A program made the position numbers and the translations under genes. The notes under the pieces were generated by a model. The model did no database searches and had not been told where the DNA came from. It saw only the letters and a program-made list of their open reading frames with translations. This document shows, in pieces, positions 30,239-32,000 of a stretch of DNA of 32,000 bases. Position 1 is the first letter of the stretch. Each line of letters begins with the position of its first letter. The stretch is from positions 3,630,001-3,662,000 of the forward strand of contig NC_014972.1 of NCBI RefSeq assembly GCF_000186885.1, read 5' to 3'. Source of the stretch: Desulfobulbus propionicus DSM 2032. Lineage in GTDB: Bacteria > Desulfobacterota > Desulfobulbia > Desulfobulbales > Desulfobulbaceae.

Positions 30239-32000
30239 ATGAAACTCGTTGAATTAATAGGCAAGACTCCTCTGGTCGAGTTGGCTCGGCTCAATCCCGC
30301 CGCTGGCAAGGTCCAACTGCTGGGCAAACTCGAATCCCGCAATCCCGGGGGCTCAATCAAGGACCGGGTTGCCCTGTCCATGGTCGAAGCCGCCGAAAAA
30401 AGCGGCGAACTGACCCGCGACAAGATCCTCCTCGAAGCCACCAGCGGCAATACCGGTATCGGCATGGCCATGGTGTGCGCGGCCAAACAGTACCGTTGCC
30501 AGCTGATCATGCCGGAATCGGCGTCCATCGAGCGACGGCTGATCATGCAGGCCTACGGCGCGGAGATCATCCTCACTCCGGCCAAGCGGGCCACCGACGG
30601 AGCGATCGAGAAGGCCTATGCCCTGGCCCGCGAACATCCTGACCGCTACTTTCTCGCCGACCAATTCAACAACCCCGCCAACTGGCAAGCCCATTACACC
30701 TCGACCGCGCCAGAGATCTGGCAACAGACAGAGGGCAAGGTCACCGACATCATCGTCACCTTGGGCACCTCGGGCACGGCCATGGGACTGTCCCGCTGGT
30801 TCCGCGACCACCATCCCGAGGTGCGGGTGATTGCCGTGGAACCTCATCCCGGCCACAAGATCCAGGGGCTGAAGAACATGAAGGAGTCCTACAAACCCGG
30901 CATCTTCGACAAAACCCTGCCCCATGCCATCGTCAACGTGGCCGATGCGGATGCCTTTGCCACCGTTCGCCGCCTGGCCGCCGAGGAGGGCGTTTTTGCC
31001 GGCATGAGCAGCGGCGCGGCCATGTTTGTCGCCATGGAGCGGGCCCGGGAAATCGACGGGGGATGCATCGTCGTCATCCTGCCCGACGGCGGTGAACGCT
31101 ACCTGAGCACCCCACTGTTCAAACAGCCGGCCAAGAGCAAGGAAGAGGCGTCGCAGCTGCGGTTGTTCAACACCATGACCCGGAAAAAAGAGGTCTTCCA
31201 ACCGATTCGCGACAACCGAGTGACCCTCTATGCCTGTGGGCCGACCGCCGCCGAATCGCCCAACATCGCCCACTGCCGCCGCCTCATCGTTGCCGATCTC
31301 ATCAACCGCTCCCTCCTCGCCCAGGGGTACGCGGTCGAACTGTACATGAACTTCACCGATCTCGACGACAACACCATCACCGGCGCCATTGACGCCGGCG
31401 CTGACCTGCGCGAGTTCACGGGACGATACATCGACGAGTTCAAGCAGGCCATCGAGGCCCTCAACGTGCAGCAGGCCACCGGCTATCCGCTCGCCTCCGA
31501 GCATGTCGGCCACATGATCGAAATCGCCCACGACCTGATCCACAAAGGATATGCTTACGAGAAACTCGGGTCGATCTATTTCGATATTTCCAAATTCAAA
31601 CACTACGGCCGCCTCTCGGGAATCGACTTGAGCAAAATCAAGATCGGCCAGACCGTGGACCTCGACAACTACGAGAAGGACAACCCCCGCGACTTCACCC
31701 TGCTCAAGCGGTCCACCCTGGCGGAGCTGAAAAAGGGCATTTTCTACGAAACCGACTGGGGCAATATCCGCCCCGGCTGGCATATCGAGTGCTCGGCCAT
31801 GTCGACCAACTATCTCGGGGAAACCATCGACATCCACACCGCCAGCCAGGATCTGCTCTTTCCTCATCACGAAAACGAGATCGCCATCGCCGAGGCCCTG
31901 ACCGGCAAACCGCTGGCCAACTACTGGCTCCACTCCGGTCAACTGCTCATGGACGGCCGCAAAATGGCCAAGGAAACCGGCAACGTGGTCACCCTGCGCG
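30239..32000 (+). CDS. Cysteine synthase fused in frame to a CysRS-like domain (truncated by window edge)
   Basis: I translated the frame from ATG 30239 directly. It starts MKLVELIGKTPLVELARLNPAAGKVQLLGKLESRNPGGSIKDRVALSMVEAA...LEATSGNTGIGMAM...VTLGTSGTAMGL...FAGMSSGAAM...ILPDGGERYLSTPLF. It continues without a stop into RVTLYACGPTAAESPNIAHCRRLIVADLINR...NFTDLDDNTITGAID...IRPGWHIECSAMS...LLFPHHENEIAIAEALTG...LMDGRKMAKETGNVVTLR. Confidence 0.9.
   Translation, partial: MKLVELIGKTPLVELARLNPAAGKVQLLGKLESRNPGGSIKDRVALSMVEAAEKSGELTRDKILLEATSGNTGIGMAMVCAAKQYRCQLIMPESASIERRLIMQAYGAEIILTPAKRATDGAIEKAYALAREHPDRYFLADQFNNPANWQAHYTSTAPEIWQQTEGKVTDIIVTLGTSGTAMGLSRWFRDHHPEVRVIAVEPHPGHKIQGLKNMKESYKPGIFDKTLPHAIVNVADADAFATVRRLAAEEGVFAGMSSGAAMFVAMERAREIDGGCIVVILPDGGERYLSTPLFKQPAKSKEEASQLRLFNTMTRKKEVFQPIRDNRVTLYACGPTAAESPNIAHCRRLIVADLINRSLLAQGYAVELYMNFTDLDDNTITGAIDAGADLREFTGRYIDEFKQAIEALNVQQATGYPLASEHVGHMIEIAHDLIHKGYAYEKLGSIYFDISKFKHYGRLSGIDLSKIKIGQTVDLDNYEKDNPRDFTLLKRSTLAELKKGIFYETDWGNIRPGWHIECSAMSTNYLGETIDIHTASQDLLFPHHENEIAIAEALTGKPLANYWLHSGQLLMDGRKMAKETGNVVTLR

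Noticed and set aside
30353-31942. 529-aa minus-strand ORF
   Set aside because: Antisense to the cysteine synthase/CysRS-like fusion; the plus frame has all the conserved motifs.

Overview
This is an ordinary, densely coded, GC-rich chromosomal segment. It resembles a sulfate-reducing or Desulfobulbales-type deltaproteobacterium, though that placement is inference only. I see no CRISPR array, no phage or transposon genes and no IS ends. Housekeeping genes are pyrC (partial), pyrB, lepB, a 5'-nucleotidase family lipoprotein, secB, uvrA, glyQ, a cold-shock gene, a tandem-domain polyphosphate:AMP phosphotransferase, selC (tRNA-Sec, anticodon UCA), a BtuF-like SBP and a DUF721/DciA-like gene. Two things stand out. 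(1) About 14.5 kb of minus-strand genes (24871 down to 10418) are mostly overlapping. In transcription order they encode an orphan NMT1/THI5-like periplasmic binding protein, a membrane Cache/HAMP/SpoIIE-type PP2C phosphatase, a STAS antagonist, an RsbW-like HATPase, a secreted cupin, a benzoate-CoA-ligase-like adenylating enzyme, an acyl carrier protein, a GNAT-like protein, an unclassified 440-aa protein, a HisC-like aminotransferase, a three-subunit molybdenum hydroxylase and an MFS transporter. This looks like a partner-switch-controlled biosynthesis, modification and export system of unknown product. It is preceded by a good sigma-70-like promoter and a strongly foldable 5' leader. (2) An ORF running off the right edge (30239 onward, absent from the supplied ORF track) fuses a complete cysteine synthase domain in frame to a CysRS-like domain. 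That domain keeps the zinc-ligand context but has degenerate signatures (HIGH -> NIAH, KMSKS -> KMAKE).
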